DNA of 64,000 nucleotides from Raillietiella orientalis. Its lineage: Eukaryota. How positions within the stretch are numbered: the first letter of the stretch is position 1; every line of letters begins with the position of its first letter. The position numbers and the translations under genes were made by a program. Below, piece after piece: positions 39,243 to 52,390 of this stretch. The stretch lies in contig JAYWIR010000024.1 in NCBI GenBank assembly GCA_036172245.1, positions 992,001 to 1,056,000 of the forward strand, in the 5' to 3' direction. Below the pieces are notes generated by a model. It saw only the letters and a program-made list of their open reading frames with translations. It was not told where the DNA came from and ran no database searches.

Positions 39243-41849
39243 AGTCCCAGAATATATGAGTTTTTTTGGTATTTCTGTGCAACATAAAATCAGTCAATTT
39301 TAGAAATGTTCAGACCGATTAGGCCTGTCTGTGAAACGAGAAAAGCTTAATTGTGCAAATAACTAATTGCAAGTAAAGTGATAAAACATAATCGTATAAA
39401 ATATTCAGGTTTGTGTGATCGTTTATTCATCGGAGAAAAACCGGTTACAGTAGCAACTTTAAGTACTACTACGTTAATGTGTTTCGTATTTTGCGTGCTT
39501 ATCATTCAACGTTTAATACTTTGGACTGCCGTTGAGTTTGGGCCCAATGGTCCAGTTGTAAACATTCAACCAGGTATTGTGCTTTTCGTATGCTTCGGCG
39601 TTCAAATCTTAGTGTAAGCACTGCCACGTCAACTTTTCTGTATTTCGTTTCCATTATATTGACTTCTTTAAACTCATTTTATGAATCGAAAACAAGTCGC
39701 TAATAACATGTCCCGAGGAAACAAATCACGTCTTCCAAACTGGAATTTTTGGAGTTTGTTTCAAAATGACTGACTGCATTGCTGAAAAGGAATCTCGACA
39801 CTGCAGTGCCTTTTTTCGGATTTCCGTTTTGTAATCATTCCGTTGTAGACTTCTTGCAAATGCAACTTGACGTTTGTGTATGATTATTATTGTTTTCATA
39901 AAATCCTTGATCGAGTATCTGATCATACCATAAGTTGATGTGTACCTCAGCAGCAGTGTGTGTGTGCTGTGATACGCTCTTTTATGATGAGTGTGGTACC
40001 CTTTGCCACCTAGAAGATCGGACTAGGTCACTGAGCTAATTGACCACAAATTACCTCACTTTGTAACCAAATCTGGCCTTCAGTTTGAAGGCAAACATTC
40101 AACCTGTGGGTTGAATTGGGATTTCCTGAAAGCACGTTTTTTAAAAATGCTGGTCGTACAGTATGCCATTGTAGAGAGCAAACTCTTGATTTTCATGTTA
40201 GTCCAGAGGGGTTCATCGATATTTGAGAAACGAGCAACATCCCTCTTCGTGAGTTAGAAAATAAATTGGAATTTTCACCGCATTTGTGATTAAAATTATC
40301 CCTCAAGGAGCAATCGAGCAGGCAGCATTCGGAGAGTAAACTTAACTATGAGTTGCTTTAGCAATGATGTAGAATTGATTTGGACTTCATTTGCTCCAAC
40401 GAGGTTGGGTTTTGCCATTTTCTTGGTGCCGTATTAAAGCATCTCATCGAAGCCAGAGAGCTAATGTTTGGTTTAAAGGAGGCAAAATTTTATTTTGCGA
40501 ATGAAATTTTTGCACGAAAATCGTCTCTGCCACGAGTAACAGTTGCACGGAAAGAAAGAATGGTTTTTAACAAATACGTATATGAATTATCAGTGCTTCT
40601 ATCAGAAAAATGTTAAGGACTGCTACCGTGCAATAGGTTTATCAATTAATTAGAAATGTTTCCATGTAAGCAGCTATCGTAAAGACTTTCAAAGTACAAT
40701 TCATAGACTACGATATTAATAATGAATTCCCAAATATACGTGCTGCTTTTGCATGCTTTTCCTTTGTACGATGAGACTTTGAGAACACGAATCTGAATTT
40801 ATCTTGGCATTTATTCCGGTTTTGCATTGCATTTAGTTGGTTTTTTTTTCCATCCTGCTCTTCTCCAATGTAAAAGTGGAGTAGCATGCTTGCAAACGGA
40901 CTTTACAGACCCTTACAACCACTGTGCGACCATACAAGCTACAGCTATTATAAAAGGCTATTATATACAATTTCACTTTTAGAACCATATCTTTCGAGTA
41001 TTTTGTGATTACCTTATTAGGTGTGGTCCGTTTCCTTTCCATGACTGTTCTTTGAGAAATCCTTTGGAAACTTGCAGTGTACACGTATCTTTTCATGGAA
41101 GTGTACGCATGGCTTCCACTGTGTAGGCTAAATATACTCATTTTCTCCCTGTTTATGAGCTTTTCCATCTTGCATTTTAAGTAATCCTAGTGTAAGCAGC
41201 TATCAAGGTTAACATTTTATTCTGGTAATCCTGGCATTGCCTTTGCAAATTTCGAAGCGGAGTTCAGTCTCCTGCAAGAGAAATGGGATCCTGCTTCTTT
41301 CTTTCACAGAATTTAGTTTTTTCTTGTGAACCTATATCCAGTTTTTTAAGCAGAAGGAAGAAATCTTGGACGCACCCGGGAAAATAAGATGGAATGGAAG
41401 CGAATTGGAGCAGTTAGATAACTATGTTCAAGAGGAAAGCTATCAGTTCTTCACAAGTAAAAGTAATGAAATGAGGACAGAATGCATTCCATTGCTTATG
41501 AAATGCGATAAATTAAATTTAAAAGTTTATGATTGGAGGTGAAATAGGGAATCCTCGGAAGAAGTCGTTGGAGGCCTGACTCCGCTCCAACCAACAAAAA
41601 TTAGTCATCAGACTATGTCATAGAATGAAGCAAGGAAATATGAAGCAAATTTTCTTCACTGTCTACACAAGAGAGGCACTGGAAAACATAAACGGTCGAT
41701 TGTAGACGCTGTGTCTTAAATTAGGCGAAAACAAAACGGCTGGCAAATTTGAGATGCTTTCAAAAAATGAACGCAGGAACTGATCTGACATAGAAGCATA
41801 ATAGACTGGAAAGCCATGAAATTAACAACACACTGGTTGTTGGTTCAAA

Positions 41850-43300
41850 TGCTTATTTCGTCAATACGGCTGAGCCATTTTGCCGGAAGAACTTTTCTTC
41901 CATTCTCTAAAGAACTCCCACATGCACATTTGGAGCTACCTCATAAAATCCTTCTTCTCATTCTTGTTGAACCTTTTTCTTCCTTCACGGCATTGGTTTA
42001 GTTTGATACTGACCTGGATTTTCCTCTTTTTCACAGACTCTGTTGCGGTCTTCTCTGTATTACGTAGTTCACTTTTGTTGGTGGTTTCTCAAGTACGAGA
42101 AAATCAGCGGTAATCTTTCACCCGATACTTTTCCTCCTACCAGTTTTCTTCGGTGGGGTCTTCTTACTACGAGGTGCTCCATGTGCTTTTTCGAATCTCT
42201 AGTGTTAGGCCTGTTAATGTCTGGATATTCTTTGGTGACGACGATTGGTTCAAATGCAACTTCTTCATTCACTCTAGCAGTGGAGAATTTGATGACGCCT
42301 CCACTTCTGGATAGAATGAAGGCCAAATGATCTTCACATCACTTCTTCATTGTGCCGGATGTGGGATACTTTTGTTAGCCCTAGTTACGAGCTCATCAAA
42401 TTTCATTACTTTCACCTTAGCTGCTGTGGTTTCAGGATGGATGAACAAAATAAGTGAGCTCAATATATTTCCCTGCCTAAGGCCATTTTCCTATTTTATT
42501 CCTTCTGTCTGTTCTCTGTTATTCAGTTCATTCGTTCATTCGGGAAAGTTGAGCTTGCTTGTGTGCCCCGCTCTTTTTTTTTTTTTTTCTTCAAGAATAC
42601 CATTTCCGCTTTAGTTATTTGTTTATTTGTCCTGTCAAAACTTTTGCATCATCTTATTTATTCGCGGTGGCTCGTCGTTATTTCGGCAATCTTTTGTAAT
42701 TCTAAGAACTACAGCATATCTTCCTCGTTAAGCAGATTTTTTTTTCTTAAAGTCGTTGTTTCTGCAAAAGGGGCAGGTTTCTCCAGCTGGCGTATGATAG
42801 GCATCTGTTCGAGTTTTCTACATAGCAGTACACGATTACCTTCTGCAAAAGTCTAGCTGATTTTTGTGGAGCACTGCACCAATTCTTACTTTCCGATTTT
42901 CACATGTGGGATCTTTGACTTTTCCACCAGCGTCATTCAAATTTCGGAAATTCAATTGTGAATGCTTTCAAGTGTAGGCTCGTTTGACGTTTGAAATTGT
43001 GGTTGTTTAGTTCCGTTTTTACGTTGAGAAATTCCGATAGTTCGGAATCCACTGGAACTCAAGGCCTGTACGTGGATCCTGGTTCCACCAGTCCATCATA
43101 CCTTCTATCTTCCATTTTGATCTCCTGATGGGAGGAAGAAAGCAAGAAATTGAGGTGGCAACCAGTAACGCGCATCTCATGGCTTCATTCATCTTCAAGC
43201 ATAGAAAATCCGTTTTTCTTTTGTTTCTCAGATGAGTATTTTTATCGAATGCGAAGTAATTTCATTCCCAAAGGTTGTCTGGATTCCAGCTAAACTTCAC
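41850..43300 (-). mobile_element. Highly decayed non-LTR reverse transcriptase remnant
   Basis: Minus-strand ENGLRQGNILSSLILFIH (~42440-42492) matches the RT motif GxRQGxxLSPxLF; surrounding frames are broken; boundaries approximate. Confidence 0.5.
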
Positions 43301-45958
43301 AGTGTGTACAGGTATCACCAAATTTCAAATTTTGTTGAACTTGTAGACAATTTATCTGAGTGTGTAGAAAGGATGAACACGGAGTTTTGCTAAGAACATC
43401 ATAAAAACAACTACCACATCGTTTTTCCTATTTTGATTCCGAATGACTTTATAGGATGGTTGCTGCAGTATGTTTTGCCTTAGATAAATTTAGATGATTC
43501 AGGAGCGTTATTAATCTTCTAGTATGTCATTGTTTATTTTACTACAAATTCCTCAAAACGGAAATCTCAAAATCAGAAACTCCTTATCAGAAATACGTGA
43601 TCAAGAAGATAAGTAAGCTTCCATAATACATCTTTCAGCAATAGAGATAATGGAAACATTTACCTCATTGTAATTCTAATCATTTAGCAAAATTAATCCA
43701 ATCATGCAAAAGATTCGAATTTGCCATATAACCAGAATCTCGCACTGGTCATATAGTTGTCATACTCTGATTAAAAATTTCATATTCAAATATCAACGTA
43801 AATATGGTGCAAAACTTTCAAGATTGTAAAGCGACACATCTTTTCTCAATTCATCAGAAATCAAGAAACGTTTCCAATCGTTAGATTAAATACGAAAAGC
43901 ATTAAGATCAAAGTCCTGTAATTTCAGTAGGGCACTGTTTAAAGAAAGAATACCACCAATTAGGGATTGGGTGAAAAATTTGCACGATTTCCATGAAGAT
44001 AGTTTAGAGAAAAGGCAACGGCAAATCCATTGTATTTTTAAAAGTTCCCCCCCACATGCGTTGAATAAACGTAACTCCATCTTAGAGAGCACGTGGTGAA
44101 AAAAACGAAGCAGAGAAGCAGCATAATCTTAATTTTCATTAAGATGGAACACAGGCGACCCGGCGTTTAAGATTTAAAGAGTTCTTGCTGGGCTTTCGTA
44201 CGACGAACTCACATTTCCCACGGATGCAATTTATGTACAGACGTTTCATTCTTGAATCACCACTTCATGCCATAAAAATAAAGTAATTAAAGCACAATAC
44301 CTATATACTTTGCAAACACTTGACTGGATACTTGCAACTGATTGTGAAGACTCCAGCTTGGACACTAGCTCATTCTTCTTTATGCTCAATGTCTGGAGGC
44401 TCCAACCTTTATACTTTATTACAAGACGAGGTTTCTCTGGACTTTTCCTCGGATTTTCCTCCACTTTCCAGATCCTAGTTCCTTCTCTCATATATGCTGG
44501 GTAGAGTAAAATAAGCCAAAATTGGAAATGAAAAAGAAATCGACGTGCAATTGATTCTACTTTCCATGTTTCTCGTCGACGAGGTTTTCAGTAAGAACCC
44601 ATGGGAGTAGATCGCTCCTCCACTGTGGGACAGTAGTAAAGTTAGGGTTTGCCCGTATTCTGTTGGGAAATTCGTAGGAAACATCAGAATCCAAGAAATT
44701 TTAGTAATGCCATAAATCCAATTTTTATGTTTCTCAAAAGCTATCGAACGTTATATGAATTATGGCACAAAAGCATTCACATTACGCTCTGTAGCCTTCG
44801 AGAAATTTAACAGACTAAATTAATGTACTTTGATCATTAATTTTGTCGACTAAGTGACCTTAGGTGTGGACTAGAACTAGAACCTTCTGTGGTCCTTGAT
44901 GATGCTGTGAATATATAAAATTGTATTCTCTCATATTCGTACATACTGACTGTTTGAAGTCTCACTCACCAAAAAGAGCCTATGAAAAACTCATCTTCAA
45001 TCAGCCCATTTTTTCTGAAGCTGCTATGTAGTTCATGCAAAACAATGTTTTAATTTGGATGGGATGCTTATTCACCATGCAAACTTCCCCGTTAGGGATG
45101 GATCAGTAGGGAGTCTATTTATTCCTTGTTTAGAAAGCAGAATTTTTTGTACTGATCGGTAATTAGGATGAAAAAAAGGTTGGAGTGGATGCCAGTAAAT
45201 TTCAAAGTCTGATATTTTGTTTTTCAAAAATGTTTTGTTGTTTGGACTTTTGTTTGAAGAAGAGCTTGTCTAGCCGTAATGATACTCCACAGTAAACATT
45301 TTTAGGATATATCTATGATATCTGTATGTGCAATATAGTATTATCTGGAATCTAATAGTTAAATAAGTTTACCTTATTTAAAAGTGGTCTTCTGCCGTAG
45401 AATTTTGTTCGCATTTATTGGGGTATTCGCAAGGTAAATTAATATGCTTATCGCAACCTTGCAATGTCCTATTATGTATATGCATGGCTCATCTTTTGCA
45501 AGCATAAGTAATTCCTGTTTGTAACTGATGAAATAATTGTGTGTAATCATGTAAGAGTTCCTTGCTTTTTGGTAGGAAGGGAAGCAGTTCCATAATTGGG
45601 TTTTGTTCAATTATTATACTTTTCGTACGCTATATATTTTTATTTTTCTGCCTAAATGAATGCTAGTAAGTTCCGATAATATAGGTCACAAGTTGTTTTC
45701 CAAAAAACACAAATTATGATGCCTAACTTGGTTTCGGAGATCGTCTATGATGCATTCGTGTGCAGGTAGTGCCAATTTGTTGTCGAAACAGCGTAATGGA
45801 AACTATCAATCCTCATAGGAATGCAATTTTATTTTGTTTCAGATTCCGTAAAATTAAATGTTAAACATGGGAAAATATTAACTTTCGAAATTATTGTGAA
45901 TGAAGTGTTAACGAGCAAGCATGTTTCGTAGTACGGAACCTAGCTAGTACAGCAGCAT

Positions 45959-45979
45959 CACGTGCTCCCGAGTCACGTG
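45959..45979. promoter_or_regulatory. Paired E-boxes (CACGTG x2) upstream of NOC2L
   Basis: CACGTG at 45959-45964 and 45974-45979, ~140-155 bp upstream of the predicted ATG at 46116. Confidence 0.5.
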
Positions 45980-46115
45980 ATTTGTAATTCAATGTTGCGT
46001 GAATGTATCTCCGTTAAAAACTCGTAATCTCGGATGCTGATGCTGTTCCTGTGAAGTGCTGCAAGGCATTTGTGTTCATTATGTTTTTTGGTTGAGAGCA
46101 AACGTATTGTACAAC

Positions 46116-49100
46116 ATGAAACGAAAAAGGAATGTGAAACTGAAAGAGATTTCTGACTCTAAGCCTCAGCAGGCCGTTATGAATGTCGAGGAATTTTTTT
46201 CCCAAGCAGATCGGGAAGATCTGTCAGGTACATGGTTGACCAAATTGTTTTAGATATTTGGTTTTATGTATGAGTGAATTAGGTATTAATATATGCTTTT
46301 CAGATGATGACCCAAAACAAATGTTGGAAGATGAGGAATCAATATCAGGTAAACGTGAATTCTAAAGATAAATATGTACCTTAATAAATAAGTTTGAAGG
46401 TCTTCACTTAAATGGTTTACATAAATCAAAGAAGTTATATGGTTGTAAAAAAGTTGGGAATCATGTAGAAAGATGGTTTGGAAAGATTCTTTCTTACAAT
46501 GCTTTTTCATTCCTCGTTATTATCGTCTTCCACTATAATTTCTGACTAGTTTCAGGTATGGTTTATGTGTAATATTTTTGTTTTTTATTATTACATAAAT
46601 ATCTGGAGAACAAATCATTACATATCCCAAGATTTATGCATAGTTTGTTTAAGCAAATACTTGTTACTGGTGCTGATGTATTTCATGAGATTATTTATCT
46701 GTTGCTGTTGTAGTATCTAGTTGGATAAAAAGCCAACTTATGCATGCCTAAAGTTTAAATGAAAACATCTCAAACATCTTGTAATCAGTATGGTGGAAAA
46801 TGTTAAGTGCGCAGGCAAAACAGAGTGTCCCAATAAAAGAAAAAATATCTGGAGCAATAACTATAAAAGGAAATCTTTGTAGAAAAAAAAAATTGAAATC
46901 TAAAATGGGATGAATAAGAATTTTAAAATGAATTGAATTTGTAGAAATCATTTCAAACATTGCCACATTAGGGAATTATTTTTAAGCTTGTGTGATTCAC
47001 ATGTAAAAAAGGTGTAGAAGTGACATTTTGCACCCACATTGGCCTGAATGAACTAATTGCTTTTCACATGTAGCTCAGTATGCTACTGGAATGGACTTTC
47101 AAGTTTTAGTGTAGGTTGTCAATTTTAAAGTTTTGACTACCTTATATGCAAAAGCTATTTACTAATTCAGGACAATTCTGAAAGTCTGGAATAGCTTTTT
47201 TGAAATTGTTTTTCAGTTTACATCCAAGGGATCAAGGAGGTGATACGGACTGGTCGGTTGAAATTTCATTTGTTTTCAACACTTAACAATATCCATTAAG
47301 TATGGTATCTATTAATTATAGTCATTATTTAGACAATGATTTGTAGAGTTTAGGTTTGTGTGATACAAATTAGTAGGACCATGTGTGGTGAGAATAATCT
47401 GTGCGTATGGTTCCTGTTATTACGAAATGATCTTGTTTTTCTTTTGATGTGCTATTTAAGAATCCAAGGAACAATTATTTGGCAGTTTCTCTGTCCGATG
47501 ATTGTCTCCAAGTGTTTTACGATTTTGTTTTCTAGTGCGTTTTTTATAAATGTTCTTTAGCCCTTTCATTCAGATTTTGCATATGTTTAGTTGCATATGT
47601 TTGCATATGTTTCACATTCAGTTGAATTCTAAAATTTGCTAGCATGCTGAATTTTCATATTTTTTTTTTTTTTCACGTAGTTTGCAAAGGGTATAACAGG
47701 TAGAAAATTTAGATCATTCATTGTTGATTCCAATAAATTCTAATGATTGTATTGCTTTAAGGTTATAGGAGTTAATACAAACAATTGAGTTTGTAGAATG
47801 CCTTGTCAAAAATTGTATAAAGATTTTAATATTTTTTTTTCTTGCAATATTGGGATGTGTAGAATATTTTCGAGTTTTCTGTATCATGCATGCACTCTTT
47901 GCTCTAACTATTCTACATTATGAAGAATTATTACTGTTACTTTGAGTATCAAGACCTGGAGTTTATAAATGCATTGATTCTAGAGTTGAGTGGTTATGTC
48001 CTTGTGGTTCCCTTGAAACTGAAAAACAGTTACTATTTGTACACAGATACTTCTGATAAGAATTGAAAGTTTCTGCTTGTGCAAATTTCCAAATTTGCTT
48101 TCTAAATGTGAATCGGAGTTTAAGTTTCTCTTCTGAATATATCAGTAATTTCAAACCCGTTGAAAGTAACGAAAACAGCTCTACTTTTTTGTCTAATTGA
48201 CCATAAGGCAAGGTTTTGGGAATTCAGAACCATATTTGGCTAATTATCACCCCATATGCATCTAAACAGGGTTTGGAATATGATTGCTAGTGCAGTTATT
48301 TCAATTGAGCAATCAGCATTTGGTATGAAGACTGGGTAATTAGACCACATAACTGCCATACATGTATTTTGTTTATAATATTAGTTGGAAATGCGTACAT
48401 ATTCCCATAGAAAGGTGCAACTTTTTGTAGTTTGTAATTAATGAAGAAATCAAACAACATGGTTTTGAATTTGGAGTACATATTTTTTGTTTTTAAAATG
48501 CATGCTTTATAAAATTCATTTTGTAGAAAAGGATGGTGAAGATGAAACAATACAGCATAAGAAGGCAATCCAGCAACTCAAAAATACAGATCCAGAATTT
48601 TACAAATTTTTAGAAGAAAATGACAAAGAACTTCTAAAGTTTGGGTTCGATGAAAATGATGCTAATGCAGAATCTGAGGTTTTGAAAAATTAACTGTTGT
48701 TTATAAAAATTATAACTCTTCACAGGATTCTGATATGGAAACTGATTTGAAAAAAGGGCAAAGTACTAAACGAGTGACTCTAGAAATGATTGACACTTGG
48801 CAGCATCAATTAAAGGAGCCATTGTAAGATTGGATATATCATTACTTGCTTTTCTAAGGTTTTCTTAAAGAACAGCTCTCAGTGCTTTGGAGAAGGTTAT
48901 ACAAGCCTTTGAGGCTGCTGTACAGCAAGCTGGAGGACAAGATTCTAGTGCTTCTGTGTTTATTGTTCAGGGACCTGATGGTAGGAATCTATCATTGATG
49001 CTAATTGGTTAATGCCATTGTATAGTATTTAATGCTGTGTGTCAACTATGCTTAGTTCATGTAAGTCCTGCAATCCATTTGTTACTGCACATCAAGAAGG

Positions 49101-50723
49101 ATGATGCTGATCCTCAACTTGTGAAATACAAAAAATGGAAAAAAATTCGGCTTCCTGTCAAGAGATATTTAAAGAGCTTGGTTCAAGTAAGTTTTCTATT
49201 GCACCAAAACAAAATGTTTTTATTGCTTCAGTTACTCAGCTACATGTCTGAGGCAGCAATCATAGCTGCTGTATTAAAACATGTACATCAAATGATTGCA
49301 TGTTATGTGGCCCTTCCCAAAATGGCACGATTGCTTATTCGACAATTGGTAACATTATGGAGTACTGCAGAAGAAACTGTTCGAGTATTGGCATTTTTGT
49401 GCATCCTGAAAGTCACTCGAAATTTGCAATCTTCTTTATTTGATTTCATTGTGAAGGTGAGCAAATAATGATACATATGTGTATTAGTTGTTTCTTTTGA
49501 TAGCAAATGTATTTTGGTTACATTCAAAATACCAAGTTCATTTCTCCTAATACGTGGCCAGGAGTTAATTTCATGCGCCATTCTTTGGTGCAGCTATTCG
49601 GCCTTGACTTGGTGCGTACATATCAGTTAGCATTTGTGTATATTCGCCAGCTGGCTATCCATCTGCGCTCAGCTTTGATTCATCCAAATAAGGACTCTCT
49701 TATAACTGTCTGTAACTGGCAGTACGTACATTCATTGTATTTGTGGATGGAGATGCTATGCCAATGGCATCCCAATTCCACCTTGCAGCCCCTCATTTAT
49801 CCTGTCAGTATGATCACTTTAGGAGTTATAAAACTCTTTACATCTTCCCGTTATTTACCATTACGTTTTCACTGTGCACGTATATTAATTCAGTTGGGAG
49901 CTAAGACCAATACATTTATCCCTGTGCTTCTTCTTGTTTTAGAGGTAAGTTACTTTTGAAATTATTGTAGTTTTATTTCTTGATCAAGGGATTATCTGTG
50001 GTTGATATCAACAAGCGCCATCACATAGTATCAAAACATCCTTTAAACCTGCGCTGCCTCTTACGGCTATCATTACAGCAGAGACAAGAAAGCAGTTTTC
50101 GAGATACCCTGATCAACACAGTTTATGAACTCGTACTAGAGTACTTAACAAGTCATAGTCATCATATAGGTTTTCCAGAGTTGTCACTACCAGCTATTCA
50201 TCATATTAGATTGTTTTTGAAGAAATGCCATGTTGCTAATTATTGTAAAAAACTTCGCCAACTTGCAGATAAAATCCAAGAAAACGTAACGTTTATTGAG
50301 AAACGTCGGCAAAGCATCTCTTTTTTATTAAATGATGAAGCAGCTGTTGCATCTTGGGAGGAGGACTGCAAAGCAGCCAATCCTCCTCTGGTAGCATTTC
50401 ATAAAGCATGGCTATCTGTCAGAGCCAAAGAACTCCTGCTATTGGAGAAACCTATAGTAACAGACATTGAAGAGTCTATCCCCAAAGTTAACCGACAAGA
50501 ATTGATGAATCTGCAGAAAGCAAAAGATCGTGAACAGTTTCGAAAATTATTCTCAGTAGATTCCGGTGAATCAGATGTTGAAAAACATGAACCGATTACA
50601 AAACCAAGGAAGTCTTCCAAAGCAAACAAACAAATGCCCCTAGCTATTAATGAACTTGAAGGACCTCCTGATAAATTAACTGATCTAGAAGTATCTGATT
50701 TGTCAGACACTGAACAACTTTGA
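46116..50723 (+). CDS. NOC2L: Nucleolar complex protein 2 homolog, multi-exon
   Basis: MNVEEFF; LKNTDPEFYKFLEENDKELLKF; LWSTAEETVRVLAFLCI; YQLAFVYIRQLAIHLRSA; VCNWQYVHSL; LQPLIYP; RYLPLRFHCAR; IGFPELSLP. Canonical splice sites; one ~2.2 kb intron (46349-48526). Confidence 0.95.
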
Positions 50724-50771
50724 GTAATGTAATTGTAGTCCCTTTATTGCTAATATAAATTTCACTTTCAA

Positions 50772-52390
50772 TCAGTATCCTTGAGGAGCTCCAGGATAAC
50801 CTTGGGGACGTTGGCTATATCCGCCTCTGTATGGATTCATGCCTTGACTGCCACTAGTGTATGGAGAAAAAGCTTGAGGATTGGCTGCTGGGCCTTGAAC
50901 ATATGGACTGGGAATCTGTGCTCCAATAGACTGCATTCCTGCAGGGTTATATGCTGGAGGAGCTGTGCTGCTGGGTGCATACTGCATATGTGGGGATGGA
51001 GTGCCTTCAAAGCTAAATGGGAGGAATAAATAAAAGATTCAAAGTTGGTTAGGTACCTTTGTGGGGGAGGAGGAAAGAAGGAACCAACACTTGTGGGGTT
51101 TCCTTGGAATCGTACAGGATGTTGTGAGAAATACTGGCCTCCAATGTATGATGGTGTTTGGAAAGGTGCACCAGAAGAAGTACTTACAGGTTTTCCTGCC
51201 ATGCCTACAAAGATTTTTTCAAATTCAAATATTCATATACATTACCATTTGCTACGGGCAACTGAGGGTGAACAGGCTGGCTTGCAGAGTGCACGTTAGT
51301 AGTTGGAGCTGCAGCTGATTCAGTATTTGGAGGCTGTGAAATTGGTGTGTCTGAATAACAACAGCATAAATACTTAAATAACTGCAATCTTGCTAACCAT
51401 CAGAGTGCAATGTTCGAGGAGCCACCACTTCTGTTGGTGCAGGTTTATCAGCTTGTATAGGGTCAAATTCTTGGGCTGTTTCTGATTTCATGGGTACTTG
51501 AGAGGCATTATCTTTGCATTCTACAATAAAAGCCAATAAATTACTTCAGAAATAATCCACTTACCAGCACTGGGGATTCTTTCAGCACCATCAAGAGCAT
51601 CTAATAACTGATTGACTTTATTTCGAATAGACTTCAGTTCCCTTTTGATCATTTGTACTTCATCTGATTGTAATGGCTGTGGGGATCCATTCACAAAGAG
51701 AGTAAGCTTCAAAATACGATTACATTGAATGGCAAATGCTAGATCAGAACTATCAAATATTGTTATCAAATCTCCATCTACGAAAAACAAGTACTTATAG
51801 GTATTTCGTAACGCTTATTTGTTCTTAAAAAAAAGTTAGTTTGTTGATTCTTTAACCTTCATCTTTGTATTTAACAAGAATGTCATCTGAAGTTGACAAC
51901 TGTCCACGAAATACCCGCTGCATCATTAGGACCAGTTCATCATATGTAATTTCTTCATTATGAATTGCAATACGGCGTATGTCATTTCCTAACTGCACCT
52001 GGAAAATTCAGAAAGCGCTATCAGTGAAACTAAAAGTATACCAAAGTATTTTTTCGCGCACTGCTCCTGTGGGATTAAAAAAAAAAAAAAAATCCATTTG
52101 GGCAACACAAACTTTTCGATACAAACTACTTATTTCAAATACTATTAAAATCGTGAAACACAACTTGGAATAAATCGCATGTTCTCTTATTTCCCAATTT
52201 TTTATACGCGGAATTTTTCGGTAACAAAAACAGCTGTCTTATTAATAAGTACATTCCAGGCTGCTGAAACAATTTCCGACACGAAACAATGTGAAATTAA
52301 ATTGGATACCTTGACTATGACTTTCCCTGTTAAATCTAAACCAGAAACAGAATATCCTGATTCCTGCAGATTTTCAGTCGACGTACCCAT
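50772..52390 (-). CDS. TFG: Protein TFG (Trk-fused gene): PB1 + coiled coil + P/Q/G/Y-rich tail, multi-exon
   Basis: [78 protein letters not shown], coiled coil [20 protein letters not shown]-terminal [14 protein letters not shown]. The start could be the upstream in-frame ATG near 52456. Confidence 0.95.

Noticed and set aside
40010..40050. tRNA-like 5' end (GGTCAATTAGCTCAGTG, minus strand)
   Set aside because: No B-box/T-arm or cloverleaf follows
47068..47125. A-box-like TGTAGCTCAGT in the NOC2L intron
   Set aside because: No intact GTTCRA B-box or acceptor stem
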